Notes under the pieces: generated by a model
The model's input: the letters and a program-made list of their open reading frames with translations, nothing else
Databases searched by the model: none
Told to the model about the DNA's origin: nothing
In this document: piece by piece, positions 8,289-16,222 of the stretch
Layout: every line of letters starts with the position of its first letter
Numbering within the stretch: the first letter of the stretch is position 1
NCBI GenBank assembly: GCA_964501175.1
Contig: CAZCRV010000001.1
Location: forward strand, 1 to 37,945
Reading direction: 5' to 3'
DNA length: 37,945 bases
DNA from: an uncultured Clostridium sp.
Lineage (GTDB): Bacteria > Bacillota > Clostridia > Oscillospirales > CAG-272
Position numbers and translations under genes: made by a program

Positions 8289-9403
8289 CCAATAAAAATA
8301 TTTATGAAAGCCTCGGCGGTCTTGACCCCGCGTTGATCGAAAGAGCTGCCCCTGCCGAAAAGGTGCAAACCATCGCCCCAAAGAAGATGTGTCGGAAAAA
8401 GAGCGCTTGGATCAAATGGCTGACGGTCGCTGCTTGTGTCTGCTTGGTGATTACCGGGAGCGTGCTGCTCGGGGGATCGTTTTCCGACGATCCGCCGGAT
8501 GACGATATCGCATCAGGCTTTGTGATCACGGCATATGCCGAAAACGGAGAGCTGACTGAGTTGGGAGCGGAGAACAGCGTTCTGAGTGTTCTGAGTTCTT
8601 CGGTCGGACAGAACAATATATTTGGCGTGGATATGCCTTTATTTAACTTCAAGGTGCGTCCGTCCGGCGCTACAGAAAGCGACGAGACGCTGTTTGCAAG
8701 ATACGAGCTCTCTGTTTCCTATAACGGCAAGGTTGTGGAAGGGATGGACGAGCACGTGATGGTGGCCTATAACGTATATGCGCAGGGATTTGAGGGGGAA
8801 AGCTCATTTTCGGTCACGGGATGGTTTGAAGAGCCCACGGATATCACGATCAGCATTCTGGAAACGGAGAGCGGGGAGATCGTACAAACCCTTTTTGTCA
8901 ACGTGTCGTATATGCCGCATAAGAACGCTTATGAGCTCAAGTACGTCGATCTGAATACGTTGGAGAAGAACCAGGAGCAGGCGGTCAAGGCGAGCGATGC
9001 ACTGACAAGGTATTTCTTAAGCCAAGGCTACGTGACGGATTATCCCGCGTATTACGGCGGATGCTATATTGAAAACAATCGGTTGCACGTCAGACTGGTA
9101 GCGCCCACCGATCGGGAAATGAGCGAGATATCCTTGGTGCTTGACCTGTACAAGAGCGTGGTGGTGTATCACTATGGCGAGTATTCCATGTCGGATCTGA
9201 AGGCGTATGCTGATCAAACGGTGGAGACCATGGAGTTACTTAGCTACAGGGTGACCGAATGGTATGTGGATGATCGGACGGGTAACGTGGTCATAGCGGT
9301 TCTGGAGGAGGATTTTGATGCGGCTGTGGCTTGGGCTGCCGATACCCTCGAGGCTTATCCCAAGGTCGTGATCGAAATCGGTGGTTACGTCGTTTCCGAA
9401 TGA
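8285..9403 (+). CDS. single-pass membrane protein, putative cognate anti-sigma factor / sensor
   Basis: ATGA overlap with the sigma gene. It has a ~45-aa cytoplasmic N-terminus, one TM helix (WIKWLTVAACVCLVITGSVLLGG) and a ~300-aa extracytoplasmic domain with no motif I recognise. Confidence 0.5.
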   Translation: MTNKNIYESLGGLDPALIERAAPAEKVQTIAPKKMCRKKSAWIKWLTVAACVCLVITGSVLLGGSFSDDPPDDDIASGFVITAYAENGELTELGAENSVLSVLSSSVGQNNIFGVDMPLFNFKVRPSGATESDETLFARYELSVSYNGKVVEGMDEHVMVAYNVYAQGFEGESSFSVTGWFEEPTDITISILETESGEIVQTLFVNVSYMPHKNAYELKYVDLNTLEKNQEQAVKASDALTRYFLSQGYVTDYPAYYGGCYIENNRLHVRLVAPTDREMSEISLVLDLYKSVVVYHYGEYSMSDLKAYADQTVETMELLSYRVTEWYVDDRTGNVVIAVLEEDFDAAVAWAADTLEAYPKVVIEIGGYVVSE

Positions 9404-9428
9404 TCCGCGAAAGAAAAACGAATACAGG

Positions 9429-9466
9429 GCTGCTTCAAGTGCGCTTGAGGCAGCTCCTTTTCTTTG
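9429..9466 (+). terminator. intrinsic terminator after the sigma/anti-sigma pair
   Basis: GCTGCTTCAAG (9429-9439) pairs with CTTGAGGCAGC (9444-9454), 11 bp including one G-U, with loop TGCG, then TCCTTTTCTTT. Confidence 0.6.
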
Positions 9467-9533
9467 CAGCAGAGGATGCTTTTTGGGGCTGCAAAAACAA
9501 CCGTCGGTTGAATACGTATATCCCATATTTCTA

Positions 9534-9562
9534 TTGCAATCGTAAAAGCCTTATGCTATAAT
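9534..9562 (+). promoter_or_regulatory. sigma-A type promoter for the 714-aa regulator gene
   Basis: TTGCAA (9534-9539), 17-nt spacer, TATAAT (9557-9562). Confidence 0.6.
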
Positions 9563-9591
9563 GAAATCAGAAACCGTTCAAGGAGGCGCAC

Positions 9592-11736
9592 ATGTCCGAA
9601 AAACAGTTGAATTCGAATGCAATAGGCGAGAGCATCCGCCGCAGCCGCAAGCAAAAGGGAATGACGCAGGAGGCGTTGGCGCAGGTGCTGAGCGTGTCCG
9701 CGCAAGCCGTTTCCAAATGGGAAACCGGGCAAAGCCTGCCGGATATCGGCCTGCTCTTGCCGCTTTCCAAGGCGTTGGGCGTTGGCGTGGACGAGCTGCT
9801 GGGCGGCAACCGCAGGCAGCTGCTTGAGAAAAAATTCCAAAACGAGCTTGCCTTTGACGAGGAGCTTTCGCTGCTTGTATCCCTGGAGGCGCTTGAGGAG
9901 TTTCCGGATGACGAGACCTTCCTTTACCGCCGCGCGTGCGACGAGCTGTTCCTCGGTGAGCGTGACGTGGATCCCCGCGTTAAGGGGAGAGGGCGGGTCT
10001 ATCTGGATCAGGCGATACAGCATTTTCAAAAGCTGCACTATCGGTATCCCAAAAACGAGACCTACACTGTCATGCTGGTGCGCGCATATCGTGCGATTGG
10101 GCGAATGGAAGATGCGGAAAGGCTGGCTGCGACCTTGAAGGATCCCGCCAATCAGGCTGCTGTGCTGCAAGGAGAGGACAAACGCCGCCATGGGCAGCAA
10201 AAGATCCGCGAGGCGATGTATGCGCTGTGTACCGAGCTTCGGCGCTATAGCACACGCGAGTCCCTGGAGGCATACCGCGTGATCACGCAAACGTTGCTTG
10301 GCGAGGACGTTGCATATCTTGAAAGCCATTGGAGCTCGTATGCGCAGCAAGCCGAGATGTGCCGCGAGGCAGGGGATACCGAGGGCTTTGTGTCCTCGCT
10401 GACCACGGCTTACGAGCTTGCTAAGCAATACGATTCGCTCAAGCGCGGCGTCACGCCCTGCAAGGCGCCCTTGTTTGATCTTTTGAGCAACGAGGTCAGA
10501 GTGCATGGCAATTTGTACGAATTTTTGGACAGCCAACTGCATCTGCTGGGAGACAGCGCGGCAAATGATCTCAAAGCGCGCATCGTGGATGAGCAGGTCA
10601 CGTATCACAAGCTTTGGCGGCACGAATGGATCGCATACTATCAGTTTTGCAGAAGGTATGCGTGTGGACCTGCATGGATCAATTACAGCACCGAGTACGA
10701 CTATGAGATCGATTATATGAACGTGGTGAACAATTTCCGTTTCCGCGGCTATCACGACGCACAGATGCATGCATATTACCGCGCGCTTGTCGAAAGGCTG
10801 ATCACCGAGGGTACCATGACCGGCTACTGCGCGTGTTTCGGGAACGATATCCTTGCCTATATCAACTGCAAGGACAAGGAAAGTTATTTCGCGCTCGGAA
10901 TTTCCGAGCAGGAGCGCGCCGTGCCCACAGCCCCCGCGGGCAGCAAGATCCTTGCCATTGTGGATATGCTGATCGCCCCCGCCTTTGTGGGCAGCGGCAT
11001 GGGGGAAAGACTTTTGCAGCACGCCTTGGAGGACGCCCAAAGAAGGGGATTTACCCATGCCGAGGTGTACTTGACCGAGGGGCCGTTGTATCCCGAAAAG
11101 GCGGATTTTGAAGCCATTCTGAATATGTATTTGCAGGCGGGATTTGTCGTGATCCGCGACTTTACCGCCGATCATGAGCACGAGGGGCATAAATATCACG
11201 GCATGCGGCAGTATATTTTGCAAAAGTGCATTGACGACCAAAGCTTTTCGGAGCGCGCGACGCGCTTTACCTTTGGCGATTACGTCGTGGACGTGGACGT
11301 GGAAAAGACGCGCGAGATCTACAAGACCCTGACGCCGGTGACTTCGCGCTGCAAGTGCGATTATTGTGCCAATTACGAGAAGGTCGTAGATAGGTTACCC
11401 GCGCAGGTGCGTGATTTCTTTGATAATTTGGGCGTGGACCTGACAAAAATCACCGAAAGCGTTGTGTATAATCGCAATCGTGACGGAAGCGTGTATTGCG
11501 GTGGATGGTTGCACGTTTGCGGTAAGGTGGTAAGGGGCAAGAAGCATGGCGATCACATGATCACCTTACGTCCGGGGGAGGCGTGCGGGGTAACCGAGGA
11601 TTTCAAGGTGTGGTTTAGTGAGGAGTCCATGATGGTCGAAAAGGCGTTTGGCGCACCCGTGGTACAGATCGATTTTGGCGCGACCCTACCGTGGGTGTTG
11701 GACAAAAAAATATTGGAAAATATCCCGATTGCGTGA
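9592..11736 (+). CDS. multidomain protein: XRE-family HTH + helical (TPR-like) region + GNAT acetyltransferase + Cys-rich C-terminal domain
   Basis: AAGGAGG lies before the ATG. HTH at aa 8-72 (IRRSRKQKGMTQEALAQVLSVSAQAVSKWETGQSLPDIGLLLPLSKALGVGVDELL). GNAT motif A near aa 470-500 (ILAIVDMLIAPAFVGSGMGERLLQHALEDAQRRGF). C-terminal ~160 aa contains CKCDYCANY ... YCGGWLHVCGK. Confidence 0.75.
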   Translation: MSEKQLNSNAIGESIRRSRKQKGMTQEALAQVLSVSAQAVSKWETGQSLPDIGLLLPLSKALGVGVDELLGGNRRQLLEKKFQNELAFDEELSLLVSLEALEEFPDDETFLYRRACDELFLGERDVDPRVKGRGRVYLDQAIQHFQKLHYRYPKNETYTVMLVRAYRAIGRMEDAERLAATLKDPANQAAVLQGEDKRRHGQQKIREAMYALCTELRRYSTRESLEAYRVITQTLLGEDVAYLESHWSSYAQQAEMCREAGDTEGFVSSLTTAYELAKQYDSLKRGVTPCKAPLFDLLSNEVRVHGNLYEFLDSQLHLLGDSAANDLKARIVDEQVTYHKLWRHEWIAYYQFCRRYACGPAWINYSTEYDYEIDYMNVVNNFRFRGYHDAQMHAYYRALVERLITEGTMTGYCACFGNDILAYINCKDKESYFALGISEQERAVPTAPAGSKILAIVDMLIAPAFVGSGMGERLLQHALEDAQRRGFTHAEVYLTEGPLYPEKADFEAILNMYLQAGFVVIRDFTADHEHEGHKYHGMRQYILQKCIDDQSFSERATRFTFGDYVVDVDVEKTREIYKTLTPVTSRCKCDYCANYEKVVDRLPAQVRDFFDNLGVDLTKITESVVYNRNRDGSVYCGGWLHVCGKVVRGKKHGDHMITLRPGEACGVTEDFKVWFSEESMMVEKAFGAPVVQIDFGATLPWVLDKKILENIPIA

Positions 11737-11756
11737 TGCAGCGGGGGCATGCAAGT

Positions 11757-11832
11757 GTAACAGGGGACGGGTCCGTGTGATGTTGCAAGCCCCAAGGGCG
11801 CGGCAATGTTACACGGTTCCGTCCCCTGTTAC
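11757..11832 (+). other. 76-nt extended hairpin (30-bp stem with G-U wobbles) between the 714-aa gene and the small-ORF cassette
   Basis: GTAACAGGGGACGGGTCCGTGTGATGTTGC pairs with GCAATGTTACACGGTTCCGTCCCCTGTTAC. Of 30 positions, one is a U-U mismatch and four are G-U pairs that exist only at the RNA level on the plus strand. The apical GCCC-CAA-GGGC forms a mini-stem. No T-run follows. Confidence 0.6.
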
Positions 11833-11872
11833 GCGCAGATGTGGTAGAAAAGAGTAAATAAGGAGAGTTGTC

Positions 11873-12265
11873 ATGTACCAAACCATCAAAACCCCCGAGG
11901 ATATTCGGGTATTTCTTGAAAAAACCAATTTTCTGCACGATGGATATATTATCGGTTTGCAATATTCCCACAACGGCATTACGGCAAGTGAAAACCGTGT
12001 GGATTTTGAGCCCGACAAAACCAAGCTGACGCTGCAAATCTTGGTGACAAGCATTTGGAACGCCGTTGTGGAAATCGAATTTGAGGATCTGTACAAGTGG
12101 CAGATCAAGGGCGCAGAGGGGGATATTTTCCACACCGCGGTGACTTTTGATCCAAACCGTTGGATCGTGTGGGCGGACGATGCGTTTGTGGATATGGAAC
12201 AGATCAAGCATGGCTCGTACGTGATCGCACGGTCCATGAAGTGGCGCATTTCGGAACAGAATTGA
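11873..12265 (+). CDS. hypothetical 130-aa cytoplasmic protein (immunity-protein-like size and context)
   Basis: AAGGAGAG lies 7 nt before the ATG. No signal peptide and no catalytic motif. GC is lower than the flanks. Confidence 0.6.
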   Translation: MYQTIKTPEDIRVFLEKTNFLHDGYIIGLQYSHNGITASENRVDFEPDKTKLTLQILVTSIWNAVVEIEFEDLYKWQIKGAEGDIFHTAVTFDPNRWIVWADDAFVDMEQIKHGSYVIARSMKWRISEQN

Positions 12266-12276
12266 TTTAGAAAAAT

Positions 12277-12621
12277 ATGGATATGAAACAAACGGAAAAA
12301 TTGACGATTGGGGCAGACAACACAAATCTTGTGTTTGCTTCGGCAATGCTGGGGATGCTTGAATTGATTGAAAAAGGCAAGATTTCCACTACCGACGCAG
12401 CCATGGCGTTTTACCTGCCCATCATGCGCAGAACAGGGGAAGATACCGAGATGCACCGTATCTGCTCCATGGCAGAGGAGCTTGACACGTATCCGCCGAC
12501 AAGACGCGCAGAGGAGATGGAAAGAATCCGCGCGCTTTGCTATGCAATGGTGGCAGAGTACAGTTGCGCAAATGATGAAAGATTTTTATTTGAAATTCAA
12601 CGTGGAGACGATATATCATGA
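12277..12621 (+). CDS. hypothetical 114-aa helical protein
   Basis: 11 nt after the previous stop, on the same strand, with a weak RBS. No motif recognised. Confidence 0.5.
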   Translation: MDMKQTEKLTIGADNTNLVFASAMLGMLELIEKGKISTTDAAMAFYLPIMRRTGEDTEMHRICSMAEELDTYPPTRRAEEMERIRALCYAMVAEYSCANDERFLFEIQRGDDIS

Positions 12622-12917
12622 AAGCATATACGCATTTGACAGATCATCAAGGAAACCAAAAGGAAGTTGAGCTTGACGAGGTTGCGATTTTTGCAAATTG
12701 CGAGGAAATACAGGAGCTGATTGAGTTTCTGACCTACGTAAAAGAAGATCATCTGGTGCAGCATAAGTATAATTGCATTGCCGTGACGCATAACCACTTC
12801 TATATGTGGAAGGGCGAGAGTGAGCATAGCTGTTCTGCAAATCCCGATTTGCAGATCTGGTCCACGTCGGGCGATTGGTCAAAATCAGATGATGGGACCA
12901 CAGGCAGGGACAGGTGA
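12618..12917 (+). CDS. hypothetical 99-aa protein
   Basis: ATGA overlap with the previous ORF, and GGAGA lies 9 nt before the ATG. The segment VAIFANCEEIQELIEFLTYV ... THNHF loosely resembles small immunity proteins (weak). Confidence 0.55.
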   Translation: MKAYTHLTDHQGNQKEVELDEVAIFANCEEIQELIEFLTYVKEDHLVQHKYNCIAVTHNHFYMWKGESEHSCSANPDLQIWSTSGDWSKSDDGTTGRDR

Positions 12918-12983
12918 CGAGACAGAGGCTTGACATGTGAGCGCAGCATCCCTGATCCGTTTTACAAAAGATGAATATTTCTC

Positions 12984-13012
12984 TTGAATTTTCCGAAAAA
13001 CCGTGATATAAT
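12984..13012 (+). promoter_or_regulatory. sigma-A type promoter for the NagD-like phosphatase gene
   Basis: TTGAAT (12984-12989), 17-nt spacer, TATAAT (13007-13012) preceded by TGA (extended -10). Confidence 0.6.
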
Positions 13013-13042
13013 GGCAGTAATATGATGCATAGGAGTGGAACA

Positions 13043-13816
13043 ATGCAGGAAATTCTGAACAAAAAAGGCTTTATATGCGATATGGATGGCGTGATCTATC
13101 ACGGCAACGAGATCTTGGACGGTGTTCGTGAGTTTGTCACGTGGATGCTGGAGCATGATAAGAAATTCGTATTCCTGACCAACAGCCCCGAAAGAACGCC
13201 TCATGAGCTGAGCATGAAGCTGGAGCGCATGGGCCTGAGCATTTCTGCCGATCATTTTTACACAAGCGCCATGGCAACTGCCGAGTTTTTGCATTCGCAA
13301 GCCCCCGGCTGCACGGCTTACGTGATCGGTGAAGCGGCACTTTCCAAAGCGCTGTACGACAAGGGCATTTACATGAACGACATCAATCCCGACTACGTGG
13401 TCATTGGCGAGACGCGCACGTATTGCTTTGAAAAGCTGGAAAAGGCGATTGCACTGGTCAACAACGGCGCAAAGCTGATCGGAGCCAATCCCGACACGAT
13501 CGGCGTGACCGAAAAGGGCGTTATGCCTGCTACCGGCTCGCTGGTGGCTCCCATCGAGATCGCAACCGGTAAAAAGACGTATTTCGTGGGCAAGCCCAAC
13601 CCGTTGATGCTGCGCCACGGCTTGCGCATGCTGGATTGCCACAGTAGCGATATCGCGTTTATCGGCGATCGAATGGATACCGATATCATCGCGGGAATTG
13701 AGTCCAACGTGGATACCGTGCTGGTGCTCAGCGGCGTGACCTCGCGCGAGGATATCAACAATTTCCCCTACCGCCCCAAATACGTGCTGAACGGTGTGGG
13801 AGATATTATTAAGTAA
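13043..13816 (+). CDS. HAD-IIA family sugar/nucleotide phosphatase (NagD-like)
   Basis: AGGAG lies 7 nt before ATG 13043. Motifs: CDMDGVIY (DxDG), FLTNS, VGKPNP, IGDRMDTDI. Confidence 0.8.
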   Translation: MQEILNKKGFICDMDGVIYHGNEILDGVREFVTWMLEHDKKFVFLTNSPERTPHELSMKLERMGLSISADHFYTSAMATAEFLHSQAPGCTAYVIGEAALSKALYDKGIYMNDINPDYVVIGETRTYCFEKLEKAIALVNNGAKLIGANPDTIGVTEKGVMPATGSLVAPIEIATGKKTYFVGKPNPLMLRHGLRMLDCHSSDIAFIGDRMDTDIIAGIESNVDTVLVLSGVTSREDINNFPYRPKYVLNGVGDIIK

Positions 13817-13829
13817 ACATCAAGCCGAA

Positions 13830-13866
13830 AGGGCTGCGCCGAGTTGCTTGGCGCAGCCCTATTTTG
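13830..13866 (+). terminator. intrinsic terminator
   Basis: GGGCTGCGCC (13831-13840) pairs with GGCGCAGCCC (13850-13859), a 10-bp stem, then TATTTT. Confidence 0.7.
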
Positions 13867-13910
13867 CATTGGTTGCCAATCAGCGCAACAGACGATTTGG
13901 GGGTTCAATC

Positions 13911-13939
13911 TTGACATATCTATCCTCTTGTGCTAAAAT
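13911..13939 (+). promoter_or_regulatory. sigma-A type promoter for the aminotransferase gene
   Basis: TTGACA (13911-13916), 17-nt spacer, TAAAAT (13934-13939). Confidence 0.6.
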
Positions 13940-13971
13940 AATGGGTGTTTGTTTGTCGGGAGGTGTGTGAC

Positions 13972-14820
13972 ATGGCAACAAAAGCATATTATAACGGACA
14001 GATCGGGAATTTTGACGAGATGATGATCCCGCTTTCCGACAGATCCGTGTTTTTTGGCGACGCGGTGTACGACGCCGTGCTGGTGCTTGGCGGCAAGCCC
14101 TTTGCGTTGGATCTGCACCTTGATAGGCTCTACAACAGCTGCGCTCTGACCGATATTGCGTATTCCATATCGCGCGAGCAGCTGAAGGGCGAGATTTGCC
14201 GCCTGCTGGACGCATCCGAGGGTGACACGCATATGTTATATTTGCAGGTCACGCGCGGAGCGGCCCCCCGCAAGCACGAGTATCCCGAGGGAGCCGTGCC
14301 CAATCTGATCATGTTTGCAAAGCCGATCGCGTTGACGCCCAAGGATAAGAAGGTCAAGCTGATCAGCGTGCAAGACCTGCGCTTTGAGTACTGCCATATC
14401 AAGACCACCAACCTTTTGCCCAACGTGTTCGCGTCCGAGAAGGCGACGCGCGCGGGGGCGGACGAGGTGCTCTGGCACAGGGACGGACGCGTGACCGAGG
14501 CTGCGCACAGCAGCATTCTCATGATCAAGGAGGGGGCTGTGGTCATGCCGCCGCTGGATCATTTGGTGCTTCCCGGCATTACGCGCAAGATCATCCACCA
14601 GCTTTGCGACAAAAACGGCATTGCGGTCAAGGTGCGCGAGTTTTCGGTGGACGAGGTCATGCAGGCGGACGAGGTCATTCTGTGCAGCACGACCAAGAAT
14701 ATTTTGTACGTTTCCGAGATCGACGGCGAGATGGTCGGCGGCAAGGGCGGGGCGCTTGCGCACAGATTGCAGGAGTTGTTCCTCGACGAGGTTTACAGAC
14801 AAACCGGCGAAAGGATTTGA
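13972..14820 (+). CDS. dat: D-amino-acid (D-alanine) aminotransferase, fold-type IV PLP enzyme
   Basis: GGAGG lies 8 nt before ATG 13972. Blocks FFGDAVYD, YLQVTRGAAPRKHEYP, the catalytic-Lys context EYCHIKTTNLL, and LPGITR all parallel Bacillus Dat. Confidence 0.75.
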   Translation: MATKAYYNGQIGNFDEMMIPLSDRSVFFGDAVYDAVLVLGGKPFALDLHLDRLYNSCALTDIAYSISREQLKGEICRLLDASEGDTHMLYLQVTRGAAPRKHEYPEGAVPNLIMFAKPIALTPKDKKVKLISVQDLRFEYCHIKTTNLLPNVFASEKATRAGADEVLWHRDGRVTEAAHSSILMIKEGAVVMPPLDHLVLPGITRKIIHQLCDKNGIAVKVREFSVDEVMQADEVILCSTTKNILYVSEIDGEMVGGKGGALAHRLQELFLDEVYRQTGERI

Positions 14821-14827
14821 ATACAGG

Positions 14828-14857
14828 AAAACGGCGGGAAATCCCGCCGTTTCTTTG
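14828..14857 (+). terminator. intrinsic terminator
   Basis: AAACGGCGGG ... CCCGCCGTTT followed by CTTTG. Confidence 0.65.
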
Positions 14858-14905
14858 TAAATCAAAAATCACCAATTTTGACACCGATTCTCAATCAGCG
14901 TGATA

Positions 14906-14934
14906 TTGCGTTTTTATTTTGCATTTGCTATACT
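14906..14934 (+). promoter_or_regulatory. candidate sigma-A promoter for the second XRE regulator
   Basis: TTGCGT (14906-14911), 17-nt spacer, TATACT (14929-14934). An alternative TTGACA (14877-14882)-17-TGATAT lies just upstream. Confidence 0.5.
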
Positions 14935-14983
14935 ATAGTCGAAGGGGCCGCTTCAAATCTGTTTTGAAAGGTGAATTTTATTG

Positions 14984-16108
14984 ATGAAACTGAATTTTTC
15001 GGAAAATCTTAAAAAGCTCCGCAAGCAAAAGGAGATCACGCAGGAGGCGCTCGCTGATGCACTGGGTGTGTCGGGGCAGTCTGTCTCGCGCTGGGAGATT
15101 GGCATTTGTTACCCCGATTTGGAGCTTTTGCCCTCAATTGCCAATTATTTTGGCGTGAGCGTGGACAGCCTGCTTTCCAATGATACGACTTCCAAGCAAA
15201 AAGAGCACGAGGCGTTCTATCCGACGCTTGACAGTATTTCGGACGGTGCAGAACGCATCGAATTTATCAGGGAATATTGCCGCAAGTATCCCGAAAACGA
15301 TGAATATGCCTACGTTTTGGTGCAGGATATCAAGGATTACGCTGCCGCTGACGAGACAAAACTGCGCAAATACATGCCGCTGGTGGATAAGATGGTGCCA
15401 AGGCTGTTGGAGACCCGCTATCGCAACGCCACCATTCAGGTCATGGTATCTATTTGTGATGAAAAGGATCTGCAGTCCTGGCTGAGCATGACTCCTTACT
15501 CGGGATGGAGCAGACGCTACTGCTTGATCGCGCGCGCCATGGCACATGGCGACTGGGAGCAGGTGCACGTGCAACAGGGCTTGGAAATGTTGGAGAGCAT
15601 GGCAGATCAGTTGGACCGTCGCTATCCCGATCAGTTAGGACCGCAGGGAAAGGTGCAGTTCCACCGTGAGGTGCTTGCCTACATTCGTGCCTTGGGCGGA
15701 GGGATCGTGCCCGACGGCTGGAAGATGTTCTACGCTTATAAGCAGTTGGTTATGTCGGCCTGCCTGTTTGGCTGCGGTGAGAGTGAGCAGGGATGGGAGA
15801 ATTTCCGCGAGGCGGTCGCTATGTACCGCGAAGCGCATGCGCTGCCTGATGCCTATCTCAGCATTGGTGGCAAGCTGTTTTCGGACTTGAAGGCAAGCAA
15901 GGATTGGAATTATGCCATTGACGGTAAGGGCAAGAAGCACAAGTTGTTTGCCATGGTAAATCTGTCCCGCTATAATGCCGTGTACGTCTGTGACCTCTTG
16001 GAAAATCCCAGATGGGCGTGGTTTGACAGCGTCAGAGATACGCCCGAGTACCGTGAAGCCCTTGCCTGGGTCAAGCAAAAGGTGCAGGAGCAAAGGGATG
16101 AAGATTGA
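14984..16108 (+). CDS. XRE-family HTH transcriptional regulator with a ~300-aa helical C-terminal domain
   Basis: The N-terminus LRKQKEITQEALADALGVSGQSVSRWEIGICYPDLELLPSIANYFGVSVDSLL is paralogous to the HTH of the 714-aa protein. The rest is predicted helical. Confidence 0.75.
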   Translation: MKLNFSENLKKLRKQKEITQEALADALGVSGQSVSRWEIGICYPDLELLPSIANYFGVSVDSLLSNDTTSKQKEHEAFYPTLDSISDGAERIEFIREYCRKYPENDEYAYVLVQDIKDYAAADETKLRKYMPLVDKMVPRLLETRYRNATIQVMVSICDEKDLQSWLSMTPYSGWSRRYCLIARAMAHGDWEQVHVQQGLEMLESMADQLDRRYPDQLGPQGKVQFHREVLAYIRALGGGIVPDGWKMFYAYKQLVMSACLFGCGESEQGWENFREAVAMYREAHALPDAYLSIGGKLFSDLKASKDWNYAIDGKGKKHKLFAMVNLSRYNAVYVCDLLENPRWAWFDSVRDTPEYREALAWVKQKVQEQRDED

Positions 16109-16163
16109 CGCATAATGAAAGGGGAGCAAACTGTTATATAAAAATTTCGTTCCCCCTTATAAC

Positions 16164-16194
16164 AAAAGCAGAAGTCTTGTGACTTCTGCTTTTC
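16164..16194. terminator. bidirectional intrinsic terminator between convergent genes
   Basis: AGCAGAAGTC (16167-16176) pairs with GACTTCTGCT (16181-16190), loop TTGT, flanked by an A-run and a T-run. Confidence 0.7.
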
Positions 16195-16222
16195 TGAATT
16201 CTTTGCTAATTTGTACAGTTGC

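Noticed and set aside
9556-11241. 561-aa ORF on the minus strand, the longest alternative ORF in this region
   Set aside because: It is antisense to the 714-aa XRE-GNAT gene. Its translation is low-complexity (rich in Leu, Arg, His, Gly, Ala) with no motif and no RBS. The plus-strand frame carries clear HTH and GNAT motifs and a strong RBS. It is a shadow ORF typical of GC-rich coding DNA.
11740-12960. Considered calling the lower-GC small-ORF region a mobile element
   Set aside because: There is no integrase, transposase, terminal repeat pair or tRNA target. Only compositional deviation and a flanking hairpin are present. It is reported as a finding, not as a mobile element.
13897-13912. 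GGGGGTTCAATC resembles a tRNA T-arm/T-loop
   Set aside because: There is no complementary 3' strand, acceptor stem or anticodon arm around it. The site overlaps the -35 region of the aminotransferase promoter.
16115-16141. 8-codon mini-ORF (MKGEQTVI) immediately after the XRE-helical regulator, considered as a possible RRNPP signalling peptide gene
   Set aside because: It has no convincing RBS, no export signal, and is far shorter than known pro-peptides. It may be chance, and I cannot support it from the sequence alone.
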